21,677 nucleotides of DNA from Candidatus Woesearchaeota archaeon (GCA_018221105.1 JAAOYA010000010.1:124001-145677); one strand, 5' to 3'; numbered from the stretch's first letter, positions 8,295-17,949 are shown. The notes: generated from the sequence alone by a model not told the origin. Numbers and translations are program-made.

Positions 8295-8447
8295 ATGGCA
8301 AACATTAGTATTCCACCATCACCTTTCTCTGCTGATGCTGCTGCTGGCAGTAGTATCACACGCTTTGGCATTTTAATGCTAGTTTTTGCTGGAGCGCTTA
8401 TGATTATTGCTTTTATTCGATGGGCTACTAGGAGAATGCGAGAGTGA
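8295..8447 (+). CDS. Small single-pass membrane protein, 50 aa (not in the ORF track)
   Basis: MANISIPPSPFSADAAAGSSITRFGILMLVFAGALMIIAFIRWATRRMRE; TATA-like TTTTAAAAA upstream; its TGA overlaps the adk GTG (GTGA). Confidence 0.7.
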   Translation: MANISIPPSPFSADAAAGSSITRFGILMLVFAGALMIIAFIRWATRRMRE

Positions 8448-9067
8448 AAATAACTCTTTTGGGTCCTCCTGGTTGTGGTAAGGGTACACAAGCAGAATTA
8501 TTAGCAAAAAAACTTGGTGTTTTGGTTATTAGTACTGGTGTTATAATTCGTAATTTGATGGAGTCTGGTGGTTTTTCAAAAGAGCAAGAAGAAAACATGA
8601 ACAAGGGTGGTTTTTTGCCTGACGAGCAAGTGATTAAGATTGTTGAGGACGAGATTAGTAAAAAGGAGCATTCTAGGGGTTTTGTACTTGATGGTTTTCC
8701 TCGCAGCTTGTTTCAAGCTGAAAGTTTTGAAGATTTTGAAATATTAGATTGTGCAATTTATTATAGTGTGAGTGATAGCGAGGTTGTTAAAAGGATTAGT
8801 GGTCGCCGCCAATGTCATTGTGGCAGTACTTATCACGTGCTTTTTAACCCTCCAAAAAAAGAAGGTTTTTGTGATGATTGTAATGAAAAGTTATACCAGC
8901 GCGAAGATGACGGCGAGAGTGTTGTCAAAAACAGGCTTTTGGCGTACCAGGAGAAAACACAGCCTTTGATTGAATTTTATAAATCTAAAGGTATTCTATT
9001 AGAGATTGATGGCGAGCAAAAGATTGAGAAAGTTTTTGAGGATACTATTGAAGCATTAAAGCTTTGA
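8444..9067 (+). CDS. adk: Adenylate kinase, long LID type with Zn ligands
   Basis: GPPGCGKGTQ P-loop, LDGFPR, LID RRQCHCG...CDDC, QREDD. Confidence 0.96.
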   Translation: MKITLLGPPGCGKGTQAELLAKKLGVLVISTGVIIRNLMESGGFSKEQEENMNKGGFLPDEQVIKIVEDEISKKEHSRGFVLDGFPRSLFQAESFEDFEILDCAIYYSVSDSEVVKRISGRRQCHCGSTYHVLFNPPKKEGFCDDCNEKLYQREDDGESVVKNRLLAYQEKTQPLIEFYKSKGILLEIDGEQKIEKVFEDTIEALKL

Positions 9068-9995
9068 TTACTATTGTTGCATAACTTCCTTTGTTTAATG
9101 TGAATTTGACTGTGCATTTTTTGTTTTTTGAGAATTCATCTGGTTGTAATTGTCCTATTGTTAAATCTTTTATTGTTATCAGTAATTCTCTTGTGGTGCC
9201 AGGGCTTGTTAGTTGTGGTAATTGCGCAAATATAAAATCTCTTGGCGTGATACCTTCATCTTCTAATAGTTTGTTTTCTGATTCGAACCCTATGAGTTCT
9301 ATTGTTTGATTATCGATTTTTGTGGTTGGAAAGTATAGTTCTCCTAGGGCATACTTTGCTGTTTTGTGTTTTGTTATTAGTTTTTTTACTGTTTCATTAA
9401 AAAGATAGCTTTGGTACGCGTGCACGTACATTTTAAGGTTTTGTTTTGGCAGTGTTCTTAGTGCTCCCACATAATCTGCTGGCTTGTCTATTAAATGGTG
9501 TTGTGTTTGTTCTATTAGCTCGCATGCACTTCGAAAATCTTTTTTTACTAGGTGTTTTCCTATTATGTGATTGTTTTTGTTGTTGCCGAATCGTTGATCG
9601 TCAAAATAGTTAGGAATTTGTTTTGCGAGTTTTGGTGGTTGTTCTATGTTTCTAACGGTTATTGTGAACTTGTTACCAAGTAGTTCTCCAAGGTTTAATC
9701 GATTGTTGGTTTGGCCTAAGTAGTTTAGTATTAAATTTTTTGTTTTATAGTCTTTTTTTGCTCCTTTGCTTATTGTGATGTATTGTGTGGTTATTGCAAT
9801 TTTGTCTTTTGTGCCGGCAAAATTGATGTATTTGATTGGTGTTTTGTAGTGTTGACTGATTTTTTTTGTTGCATCAATTGTTGTCAAATCACGCTTTGTT
9901 AGTTTGTACAATGCGTACTGGCCAGTATCTTCTGGTTTTGCTTTTGTGATCTCTTCTACTATGAAGTCTTCTGGTATTGTTTTTAACTTGTACAT
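9045..9995 (-). CDS. truD: tRNA pseudouridine(13) synthase TruD, compact form
   Basis: PEDFIVEE, FAGTKDK.AITTQ, GNKFTITVR, PNYFDDQRFG, HAYQSYLFN, FTLNKGSYAT. Confidence 0.95.
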   Translation of the reverse strand: MYKLKTIPEDFIVEEITKAKPEDTGQYALYKLTKRDLTTIDATKKISQHYKTPIKYINFAGTKDKIAITTQYITISKGAKKDYKTKNLILNYLGQTNNRLNLGELLGNKFTITVRNIEQPPKLAKQIPNYFDDQRFGNNKNNHIIGKHLVKKDFRSACELIEQTQHHLIDKPADYVGALRTLPKQNLKMYVHAYQSYLFNETVKKLITKHKTAKYALGELYFPTTKIDNQTIELIGFESENKLLEDEGITPRDFIFAQLPQLTSPGTTRELLITIKDLTIGQLQPDEFSKNKKCTVKFTLNKGSYATIVIKALMLQ

Positions 9996-10048
9996 TTTGT
10001 TGTGTTAATGAAAACTTTTTTATAAAATGTTACTCTAAAAGCTTTTTT

Positions 10049-10378
10049 ATGAACAAAAAAGCTTTTTTTATCAACTTGGGATTTTCACTGTTATCGTTTA
10101 TCATTATTTGGGTTTTACGAGATGAAATATTGGTAAGTATTAGTTTGATGGTGCTTTTGGGAGTGGTATTCTTTTTTCACCGTGAGCCGCGAGAGTGGAT
10201 TGTTTTTCTTGTTGGACTAGTGTTAGGAGTGCTTTTAGAGGTTGGCAGTGATCAAATCCTTAAATTGCAGTATTGGAGTGAAGGGATGTTATTAGGTGTT
10301 CCTTTGTGGCTGCCACTACTTTGGGGTCTTGGTTTTATATTAATCAGAAGACTTGGTAATAGTATTGTAAAATATTAA
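10049..10378 (+). CDS. Small multi-pass membrane protein (DUF2878-like)
   Basis: About 4 TM segments with GVPLWLPLLWG; ATG at 10049 preferred because the 9977 start overlaps truD and a TATA lies at about 10015-10028. Confidence 0.7.
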   Translation: MNKKAFFINLGFSLLSFIIIWVLRDEILVSISLMVLLGVVFFFHREPREWIVFLVGLVLGVLLEVGSDQILKLQYWSEGMLLGVPLWLPLLWGLGFILIRRLGNSIVKY

Positions 10379-10659
10379 GCAAATATTGTTTTTAAGTGTT
10401 CTCGCATTGTTTTAATCTCTGAAGAGTCACTTTGGATTGTTTGATGCCAAGTTTTTAATTGTTCTAAAAGATGTAATTGCGCGTTTTTTTTAGTGCGGCC
10501 ATAACCTTTAACAGGGCAACCTTCAGGTCTAAAATTTGATGGTACCAAGTGCATAGCTTGATAGCCAGTGTCTCCTATTGGAATGCAAGCAATACTTATT
10601 GGTTCTGCAAGATTGTACTGTCCTACTGACTGCACTGTACTAACTTCTACTCCCCCCAT
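10375..10659 (-). CDS. Hypothetical protein, 94 aa
   Basis: ORF fills the gap, has a TATA-like element upstream and a 4-bp convergent stop overlap. Confidence 0.6.
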   Translation of the reverse strand: MGGVEVSTVQSVGQYNLAEPISIACIPIGDTGYQAMHLVPSNFRPEGCPVKGYGRTKKNAQLHLLEQLKTWHQTIQSDSSEIKTMREHLKTIFA

Positions 10660-10701
10660 AATACTGTTTTTTCAAAGTTTTATTTTTAAAAGTATCGTTT
10701 T

Positions 10702-11058
10702 TTAATTACAGTCTATCGGGTACCCTTCGTACGGTCCGTACCAGTTTTTATTGTCGAGTACCCAGAATTTGTTGTCTGATGGACAGTAGAATGCTTTGGC
10801 GGTGATTGCTCCGCGAACATAATTTCCTAGTTTTATATCATCTGCTAGTTCTGCCTCTCCCGGGCAGATCCAGGCCATTTTGGTGTCACCGTCTGGTTGC
10901 TCAAAGCGTTTGAATTGGGGTATTTTTTTTGCTTCTTCTAAATTTCTTGGTGTGAAACGATTATTAATTGTTAACTCGTAGTTGGCATTGCAATTAGCGC
11001 AACCAGTTAACACAATTGATAATGTTAGTAATAGTACTAATAATATTGTTTTTTTCAT
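10702..11058 (-). CDS. Predicted lipoprotein, 118 aa
   Basis: MKK + hydrophobic stretch + LTGC lipobox; SD-like GAGGT. Confidence 0.8.
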   Translation of the reverse strand: MKKTILLVLLLTLSIVLTGCANCNANYELTINNRFTPRNLEEAKKIPQFKRFEQPDGDTKMAWICPGEAELADDIKLGNYVRGAITAKAFYCPSDNKFWVLDNKNWYGPYEGYPIDCN

Positions 11059-11138
11059 TAATAACCTCTTTTTAATATTGTAATGTGTTGTAGTTTTTAA
11101 TAATTATTATAAAAAAAGCTATTTTAACAGTTTTTTGC

Positions 11139-11211
11139 GAGCCTGTGGCCTAGTGGATAGGGCAATCGCCTCCTAAGCGATGGGTCGGGGGTTCAAATCC
11201 TCCCAGGCTCG
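11139..11211 (+). tRNA. tRNA-Arg(CCT), no intron, CCA not encoded
   Basis: Acceptor GAGCCTG/CAGGCTC, D-arm GCCTAGTGGATAGGGC, anticodon arm ATCGC-CTCCTAA-GCGAT, T-arm GGGGG-TTCAAAT-CCTCC, discriminator G. Confidence 0.96.
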
Positions 11212-11247
11212 TTAAGTTTTTAAACATTGAAGCGTTTAATTGCTGTT

Positions 11248-12048
11248 ATGGAGTTTTCGCGCAAACGATTCAACGATCTTTATTATGTGTTAGCAGAGCA
11301 TGATAGTGTTAATCGTTGGATAGTTTTCATTCATGGTATTGGCAGTAACCATACTGTTTTTGATAAAGCATTAAATCATTTTTACTCTGAGGGTTATAAT
11401 GTGTTAGCAGTTGACTTGTTGGGTCATGGTCGTTCTAAAAAGCCTTTGGCTGACAAGCATTACGCTATTAATAATATGGCTAGCAAGGTTCGCCAAGTAA
11501 TTAATCATGAAAAAATCAAAGATTTTGTGTTGGTTGGTCATTCTCTTGGTGGAATGTTGACTGTCAAAATTGCTGCTGTCAATAAGGTTAAGCCTGAGGG
11601 TATTGTTATTATTGACAGTTTGATTCGTAATCCTTGGGGCGGTATGGCGAAGTATTATCAAAAGTTTTTCCAGTATGCTATCAAAAAGGGCACTGGTGTT
11701 ATCAAAAATCCTACTTTGAAGGTGAATTTTGAATTGCCTTCAAAGTATACTAAGTTTAGTCGTTTTTTGAAGACTATGAGTAATACTTATTGGAAGGCGT
11801 ATTTTTTATTGTTTGATTATGCGCTAAAGGCTGACTTGTCTGTTGATGCTTCTAAGCTTGAAATGCCTGCTCTTATACTTCACGGCAGCTTTGATATCAT
11901 CACTCCTGTCTGGTCGGCGCTTGACATTGCTAAAAACATTAAGGATTCTAGGGTTGTCATTATTAATGGTGCTGGTCACATAGTGCTTTATTCACAACCG
12001 CAACTGGTTAATCAAGAAATTGATAAGTTTTTAAGAGAACTTTCCTAG
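11248..12048 (+). CDS. Alpha/beta-fold hydrolase
   Basis: FIHGIG, DLLGHG, nucleophile elbow GHSLGG, HGSFD, GAGH; ATG at 11248 preferred over TTG at 11227. Confidence 0.92.
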   Translation: MEFSRKRFNDLYYVLAEHDSVNRWIVFIHGIGSNHTVFDKALNHFYSEGYNVLAVDLLGHGRSKKPLADKHYAINNMASKVRQVINHEKIKDFVLVGHSLGGMLTVKIAAVNKVKPEGIVIIDSLIRNPWGGMAKYYQKFFQYAIKKGTGVIKNPTLKVNFELPSKYTKFSRFLKTMSNTYWKAYFLLFDYALKADLSVDASKLEMPALILHGSFDIITPVWSALDIAKNIKDSRVVIINGAGHIVLYSQPQLVNQEIDKFLRELS

Positions 12049-12901
12049 TCTTTCACGCTTGTTTATTTTCATTCTAATACGAGCTTTTTCTTTAGCTTTT
12101 TGTTCTGCGTCATGAAGTGAACAAAAATGATATAGCAACTCGTCACGAACTTTTGTTATTTGATCAAGCTCGTAATAATCTTCAAAAACTATTAGTGGTG
12201 TTTCATCACATTTTTCTAAGGCTATGATACCCATTCTAGCCATCCAAATATTTTGTTTTCTTCTAAAATCTTTTATTAACTCAGAATCAGAATCAAAATC
12301 TTTCTCTGGATCATCTTGAAAATACATTATTACTGGCAGATGAGTTTCATTTTGATTGTTGTATGTTTGAATACTAAATAATAATCTTGAATCTTTTACT
12401 GGATCAAGTTTAGAGTCAATAATTAATAATTCTGGACTAATGCTTTTTTCTGTTAATAATCTTACTGCTTGCTCAATATCGGTACCAGTAACTGCGTACT
12501 CTAAGTTTGGAGGGCAATAAACACCTCTTGTTGTTGTATTGAGTAAAGAATAAGTCTATAGTGCTATTTCTTATGTGATGAGTTTTTATTCTTTGTTCAA
12601 GTTCAGGATTTTGCGCTACTATTTTTCTTGCAGCTTCAATAAGCTCTTCAGTGTAACCTGGCAAATCTTCAAATTCTGGAATGTGTGCTAATTGAATACC
12701 ATACTCTGCAGGTTTTGCAAGCTCTGAAGTCACATATAAAGTATCCACGCTGACAATATCTTCAGGCTCTAAGTTATAATCAGGATTGTAAGATGATGGA
12801 TCTTGATCTAAATCAACATCTATTGGTTCTGGAATCACACAATCAATCAGTGTAGAATAAGTTCTTAATTCAGGATCTTCTGCTAGCGAGGCCTTGTGCA
12901 T
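12031..12901 (-). pseudogene. Probable single gene (about 289 aa) split by a +1 frameshift; C-terminal half resembles a receiver domain
   Basis: The frame of the 98-aa ORF stays open for 76 more codons to 12555 (EQAVRLL...PELLIIDSKL...LPVIMY) without an ATG/GTG/TTG, overlapping the end of the 142-aa ORF (12473-12901). Confidence 0.55.
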
Positions 12902-12932
12902 AGTAGTTTCTAGAATAACTTATATAAAAAGT

Positions 12933-14342
12933 TTAGGAATGCTTTTTTAAAGTCTCTACGATTTTTTTGCCGTCTGCTTTGCCGCGTAACTCTCCCATTG
13001 CTTTTCCTATTAGCGCGTTGAATGGTAATCCTTTGTTTTTTGAGATTATGTTTTTGATTTTGTTTTCTAATTCTTTGTCTGTCATTAAAGAGTATTTTTG
13101 ATAGTTGACGTTTTGTTTTTTTGCTATTGTGATTAGTATTTCTTCTAAGGCGTCTTTGGCTATTTGCCCATTGTTTAATTTTTCGAATATTGTTTCGAAG
13201 TCTTTTGTTGTCACGTTGTTTGCGTCTACGTTGTGTTTTCTTGTTAGTTCTCGTAGTTTTGGCAGCATTGTCTCACCTATGAATGATGGTTTTAGTTTTT
13301 TGAATTTTTTTGTGAACGCTTCGAATGTTTTTGTTAGGTGTTGTTTTGCTATTAGCTCTGCTAGGTCTTTGCTGATGCCTGTTTTTGCTAGTCTTTTTGC
13401 TGTGTCTTCGATTAATTCTATGCCCTCTAGTTTTTCGTACGTTGGCGTTATTATTGCTACGTCTGTTTCTGGGTACATTCTGTCAGCTCCAGGCATTGGT
13501 CTTAGGTACGAGGTTGTGTTGTTTGATTCGACTTTTCGTACTTCGTCTTTTAGTTTACCTTTGAGTTTTACGTGGCGTTGTATTTCTATTTCTATTACTT
13601 TTGGCATGTTTTTGATTTCTTGAAAGCCTTTGATTTCTACTCTGGCTCCGTTGTTTATGCTTAAATTTACGTCTTGTCGTATGCTGCCTAGTCCTCTTTT
13701 TACTCTTTGTGTTGAGCGTAGTATCATGCCGATTTTTTCTGCTGTTTCCTTGGCGTGCTCGCTATCGATTATGTCTGGCTCTGTTGCTATCTCTATTAGT
13801 GGAATACCTAATCTTGAAAGATTGTAGGTGTCTTTTTGGCTTGAGCGTTTGACTATTTTTGCTGCTTCTTCTTCTAAGCATATCACGCTTATTCTGACTC
13901 GTCCTTTAGAAGTTTCTATGTGGCCGTCGCGTCCTACTAGTGCTGTTCGCTGAAATCCTGACACGTTGGAGCCGTCTATTACTGTTTTGCGCATGAATTG
14001 TATTTTTTGTACTGGTTTGGCATTCAAGAGTTGTGTTATTTGCATTACTGTTTTCAATGCTTCTTGGTTTACTTGGTGTGGTGGTTCTTCGTCTAATTCT
14101 ACTAGGCATGTGTTATCATTGTAGACGTAGTACTCGAATTGTTTGGCTTTTTTTTGCTCGTGTGCTGCTGCTTGGTCTATGCTACCGCTCTCGCCTGCTG
14201 ATGCTCGCAGTTCTCTAATGATTATCGCGTCTGGTTTCGCGTCTGTGATTTCTGCTGGGCACCCGCAAAAAAGTTTTTTTCCTGGTAGTTGTTGGTGTAT
14301 TTCTATTCCTGCTTTGAAACCTAGTTTTTTATAATCTATCAT
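12933..14342 (-). CDS. gatE: Glu-tRNA(Gln) amidotransferase subunit E, short form
   Basis: DYKKLGFKAGIEIHQQL, KLFC.CP, CLVELDEEPPH, MRKTVIDGSNVSGFQRT, RGLGSIRQDVN, LRPMPGADRMYPETD, C-terminal YqeY-like tail. Confidence 0.96.
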   Translation of the reverse strand: MIDYKKLGFKAGIEIHQQLPGKKLFCGCPAEITDAKPDAIIIRELRASAGESGSIDQAAAHEQKKAKQFEYYVYNDNTCLVELDEEPPHQVNQEALKTVMQITQLLNAKPVQKIQFMRKTVIDGSNVSGFQRTALVGRDGHIETSKGRVRISVICLEEEAAKIVKRSSQKDTYNLSRLGIPLIEIATEPDIIDSEHAKETAEKIGMILRSTQRVKRGLGSIRQDVNLSINNGARVEIKGFQEIKNMPKVIEIEIQRHVKLKGKLKDEVRKVESNNTTSYLRPMPGADRMYPETDVAIITPTYEKLEGIELIEDTAKRLAKTGISKDLAELIAKQHLTKTFEAFTKKFKKLKPSFIGETMLPKLRELTRKHNVDANNVTTKDFETIFEKLNNGQIAKDALEEILITIAKKQNVNYQKYSLMTDKELENKIKNIISKNKGLPFNALIGKAMGELRGKADGKKIVETLKKHS

Positions 14343-14375
14343 AGAACAATTTATTGCTGTATTATTTATAAAGTT

Positions 14376-15017
14376 TTAGCAGAATTCTGTGCAGCCGCCG
14401 TCGTTTGTTTTTGTTATGCACTCGGCGCTCATTAGTTCTGCTGCTACTGTTGGACAGGTGATTTTTTGGTCGTCTGCGTTGTAGTATGTTGCGTCTGTGT
14501 CTAGTATGCTTACTACTTTTAGTATGTTATTGTCACAAATAAAGACTTTTTCTGTGTACTTATCATTGCAGTATCCTCTTGCTCTGTCTTTGATGCTTGG
14601 CCCTGCTAGTGGGTCGATGATTACTGGCTCGCATTTTTTGTCATTGCAGCTTACCCCGCTTGATGGTGCGCATGCGTAATCACAGGTTGTTTTGTAAGTG
14701 TCAAATAATGGTTGTAGTTTTTCTGCTTTGTCTTTGTTTACGTATACGTAGCAGCCAAATGGGCATTTGTTGCCTAGTAGTTGGCAGTCATCGCGTGTTT
14801 TGCAATTGTTTGCTTGTGCTATTAGTTCTTTTAGTTCTATGTCTGTTACACAGTCTTCTTCCCATACTCTTAGGCACTTGTCTTGTGGCTCGCAGTAGGT
14901 GTAGCCTGCGCTTGCTTTGCAACCGTGCTCGTCTAAATCGTTGCCAACGATTTCTTGTTGGCAACCTATAAGAAATAATAGTACTATTATGAATAACGCG
15001 CTAAAAACTTTCTTCAT
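14376..15017 (-). CDS. Cys-rich predicted lipoprotein, 213 aa
   Basis: LIGC lipobox; GNDLDEHGCKASAGYTYC...CLRVWEE module followed by further disulfide-rich modules. Confidence 0.85.
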   Translation of the reverse strand: MKKVFSALFIIVLLFLIGCQQEIVGNDLDEHGCKASAGYTYCEPQDKCLRVWEEDCVTDIELKELIAQANNCKTRDDCQLLGNKCPFGCYVYVNKDKAEKLQPLFDTYKTTCDYACAPSSGVSCNDKKCEPVIIDPLAGPSIKDRARGYCNDKYTEKVFICDNNILKVVSILDTDATYYNADDQKITCPTVAAELMSAECITKTNDGGCTEFC

Positions 15018-15055
15018 AAGACAAAAATTGTTTTATTCTTTTATAAATTTTTTTA

Positions 15056-15700
15056 TCAACTTCCAAAATCCATCATTTTCGCGTCTTCTGGTATTTTAAA
15101 AATGTCATTAGAGACTTTTGAATTGTAGTCTGTTGCTTCAAATGCTACTGTTTGCTCTCCTACAATGTTTTTCGCGTATAATATTACTCCTTCGTTTGAA
15201 AGACACGCTCTTTGTATGACGTCAACTTCGCTTGTGTTATAATGTATTTTATAGCATGGAGCAGTTATTGTTGCAATTTTCATGTTGCCATCACGTGTTA
15301 TTTCTACATTTTCTTGCATTTCTGCTTTCTCGTACAATTCTTTAAATTGTGTTACTGGATTGATTATTTGATCGCTTTCGATTTTAAAACACGACCATTC
15401 ATTATTTGCTTGTGCGCAATTGACTGCTTGGTTTGGAGTCATCAACATCAAAGCATTACCTTGTTCGTTTGAAGCGTCAACTCGCAAGTTTTGATCTTTT
15501 ACATACATTGTGATTGTTGACTCATAATCTTGAATTAATATATTGTATGATACCATGTACTCTGTTGGCAATTGTTTTATTGTGTTAAAGAACTCTTCTT
15601 TAGCACTAACAGCATCTCCTGCGCCGCCGCCACTGCCAGTGTTAGCACAAGCGCTCAGTAGTGCTAAGGCTAAAATTGTTATTAGGATTGTTTTCTTCAC
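15056..15700 (-). CDS. Predicted lipoprotein with a beta-rich domain (LolA/DUF4412-like)
   Basis: LSAC lipobox; TMYVKDQNLRVD and C-terminal DIFKIPEDA; GTG start overlapping the upstream stop, SD GGTGA. Confidence 0.75.
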   Translation of the reverse strand: MKKTILITILALALLSACANTGSGGGAGDAVSAKEEFFNTIKQLPTEYMVSYNILIQDYESTITMYVKDQNLRVDASNEQGNALMLMTPNQAVNCAQANNEWSCFKIESDQIINPVTQFKELYEKAEMQENVEITRDGNMKIATITAPCYKIHYNTSEVDVIQRACLSNEGVILYAKNIVGEQTVAFEATDYNSKVSNDIFKIPEDAKMMDFGS

Positions 15701-16290
15701 TTATCATCACCTGCTATTAGTTTTATTAATTCTAGGTTATCATCTATATTATGTTTTGCTTTTAACTTGTTCTCTAGTGTTGTGAAGCCTTGCACTGTTA
15801 TTTCTTTAGATTTTGATCCTATTACTTGGTCTTCAACATAAAAAGTTAAACCTCCAGCACTATTTGAGCGGTAAGTTCCTTGTCGTGCTTTGACGCCGTG
15901 AAAATCAGAATTTTGTAGTTCTGGGTATGCTGACATGAAAAAGTCTGGCGTGTAGCCCATGCTAAATGGCCCGCCAACCTTTGCTGAAGCTATTGCTTTT
16001 AGTGCGTCACTAAATGGTATTCCCTCGTAAGGAGCGTAATCAAAAACAAATTCTGTTGTTTCTATGCTGCCATCTGGCATTGTGAAGTGATATGCTCCGT
16101 CACTTTCTATTGTCATCAAATAAGTTTTTGCTTCTTCGTTGACGTTGCAAGTGCAAAGGTCAGGGCTTGTAAACTCGTAATCACTTGTTTGAAAACGTGC
16201 GTTGCAATAACTCTCACAAGTGCTCTCTGGCGTGGAACCACAAGCTGTTAAGAAAACAAGCAAAAGTGTTAATAGGATTATTTTTTTCAT
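15697..16290 (-). CDS. Predicted lipoprotein, 197 aa
   Basis: MKK + hydrophobic stretch + LTAC lipobox; CESYC...CTC. Confidence 0.8.
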   Translation of the reverse strand: MKKIILLTLLLVFLTACGSTPESTCESYCNARFQTSDYEFTSPDLCTCNVNEEAKTYLMTIESDGAYHFTMPDGSIETTEFVFDYAPYEGIPFSDALKAIASAKVGGPFSMGYTPDFFMSAYPELQNSDFHGVKARQGTYRSNSAGGLTFYVEDQVIGSKSKEITVQGFTTLENKLKAKHNIDDNLELIKLIAGDDK

Positions 16291-16429
16291 GTTGTTTTTT
16301 TTGTTTTATTTATTTATAAATAATATTGTTTATTTGTATAATGCCATAATATCATCAAATTATAGAATGACTACTTTAAAGTGGTTAAAATAGAAAGTTT
16401 TATAAGTTTTCTCAAATTTTTTTGATAAA

Positions 16430-16774
16430 ATGTTAACAAGAGCTTTAAGAGAAACTGGTATTGAAAAAATAGCTGATGAAGCTATACTAGAAGGCATGCC
16501 TGTCGAAGTATTTTTTTCTAGCATGTTAGAAGAACAAAACAATGGCGAGTGCATGGTTGGCGCCAGCGCTGCTTTCTCTGTTGGCGAAGAATCTTCTGAT
16601 AATGGTTGCCTACAAGAACTATCAGAAAGTGAGCACATCAAAGTCATATCTTCTGATAGGCATGTAATAAAAGACGTGCAAGACTTTGCGATTTCAAGAA
16701 TGAAAGATCAAACACAACCAACACTAGAATACTTAGAATCTAGAAATATAGCGTACAACACTCGAGAACAATAA
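16430..16774 (+). CDS. Hypothetical acidic protein, 114 aa
   Basis: ORF with GAAAG-TTTTATAA promoter about 25 nt upstream. Confidence 0.65.
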   Translation: MLTRALRETGIEKIADEAILEGMPVEVFFSSMLEEQNNGECMVGASAAFSVGEESSDNGCLQELSESEHIKVISSDRHVIKDVQDFAISRMKDQTQPTLEYLESRNIAYNTREQ

Positions 16775-16844
16775 AACATTTCTTCAATTGTTTTCTATAA
16801 TTATCAATAGTTTCTTATAGGAGTACTAAGAGTGAATTACTCAA

Positions 16845-17900
16845 ATGGTTGAAGGTTTAGTTGATAGACATCCAAAGAATCCTTTGCTTGTGCCAAGATT
16901 AGAGCATGATGAAAAAAACGTTTATAATCCCGCAGTATTATCGTTTGATGGTATTACTTTTTTGTTGCCCCGTGTTTTGAGAAGTTCTTCACAACAATCA
17001 GATTTGACGCTCGCTTGGAGTACAAATAACACTAATTTTGAAAGATTAAATTATCCTATAATGTTCGCCACTGAATCTTATGAAATGCCTCATGCTAAAA
17101 CACTAAAAAGAAGTCGTGAAAGAGGAGGAGTTGAAGATGCTAGGGCTACAATCATAGATGATACTATTTACTTAGCCTACACTGCTTTCAGTGACGAGTG
17201 CCGTATTGCAATAGCTTCAATGAATGTTGACAAATTTTTAGAATTGTTCAAAAAATCTATTGGTGGTGAGGATTTGTCTAGTGAGTGGAATGATAGTTGG
17301 CAACGACACGGGTTAATGTTCGCAAATGATAGAATGTCAAGAAACGCAAGTTTAGGACAAGTTGGAAGTTTATATTCACTAGTTTATCGCAAAGGCTATG
17401 AAGATACTAAAATTGGTTTTTCTGATAGTCCAATTGGTCCTTTCAACGGTGATAATGTATTCATATCAAAAACACTTGGTTGGGAGAGTGAAAGGCTTGG
17501 CATTTCATCACAACCAATAGTTCTTAATGATGGTTTAACAATGTACTTATATCACGGAGTAGAAGAAAAATCAGATTTTCAAGGTTATAACAAAACATAT
17601 CATATTGGTTTAATATTTTCAAAATTTAAAAAAATTAATGATACTGTGATTATAACAAATTATAAATTAAAAAAACCCTTAATATCACCTACTAAAGATG
17701 AATTATCAATAACAGGTGAATGGTTAAAAAGTGTAAACGTAGCAGCAGTGTTCTCTTGCGGAGCAAACCTTGAAGAAGAAGATAAATTAAGAGTGTATTA
17801 TGGTGTAGGAGACGAACACATCTGCAGCGCTGTGATAAAGCCTTTAACAATATTTGACAGTGAAGAATTCGAAGTAGAAGAAAAAACAATAAAATTCTAA
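16845..17900 (+). CDS. GH130-like glycosidase/phosphorylase (five-bladed beta-propeller)
   Basis: HPKNPLL, VYNPAV, GVEDARAT, YLAYTAF, YHGV, VFSCGA, VYYGVGD. Confidence 0.85.
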   Translation: MVEGLVDRHPKNPLLVPRLEHDEKNVYNPAVLSFDGITFLLPRVLRSSSQQSDLTLAWSTNNTNFERLNYPIMFATESYEMPHAKTLKRSRERGGVEDARATIIDDTIYLAYTAFSDECRIAIASMNVDKFLELFKKSIGGEDLSSEWNDSWQRHGLMFANDRMSRNASLGQVGSLYSLVYRKGYEDTKIGFSDSPIGPFNGDNVFISKTLGWESERLGISSQPIVLNDGLTMYLYHGVEEKSDFQGYNKTYHIGLIFSKFKKINDTVIITNYKLKKPLISPTKDELSITGEWLKSVNVAAVFSCGANLEEEDKLRVYYGVGDEHICSAVIKPLTIFDSEEFEVEEKTIKF

Positions 17901-17949
17901 AAAAGTTATTTAAATAACTTTATTTTAGCCTTAAAAAAGGTTTTTTATA

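Noticed and set aside
8057..8491. 144-aa minus-strand ORF
   Set aside because: Antisense shadow of the ATPase end, the 50-aa ORF and the adk start.
9045..9067. Convergent overlaps (adk/truD 23 bp; hydrolase/12031 ORF 18 bp)
   Set aside because: Ordinary for compact genomes; no sign of a special function.
11139..11211. tRNA-Arg as an integration site
   Set aside because: No duplicated 3' end found by eye; the 7-nt CAGGCTC near 12763 is inside a CDS and too short.
13105..15785. Plus-strand ORFs opposite gatE and the lipoproteins (and similar shadow ORFs at 3439, 3545, 3636, 5798, 6774, 8772, 9091, 11404, 16360, 17692, 18724, 18855, 19922, 20836)
   Set aside because: Overlap well-supported genes, carry no motifs, and are expected from biased codon usage.
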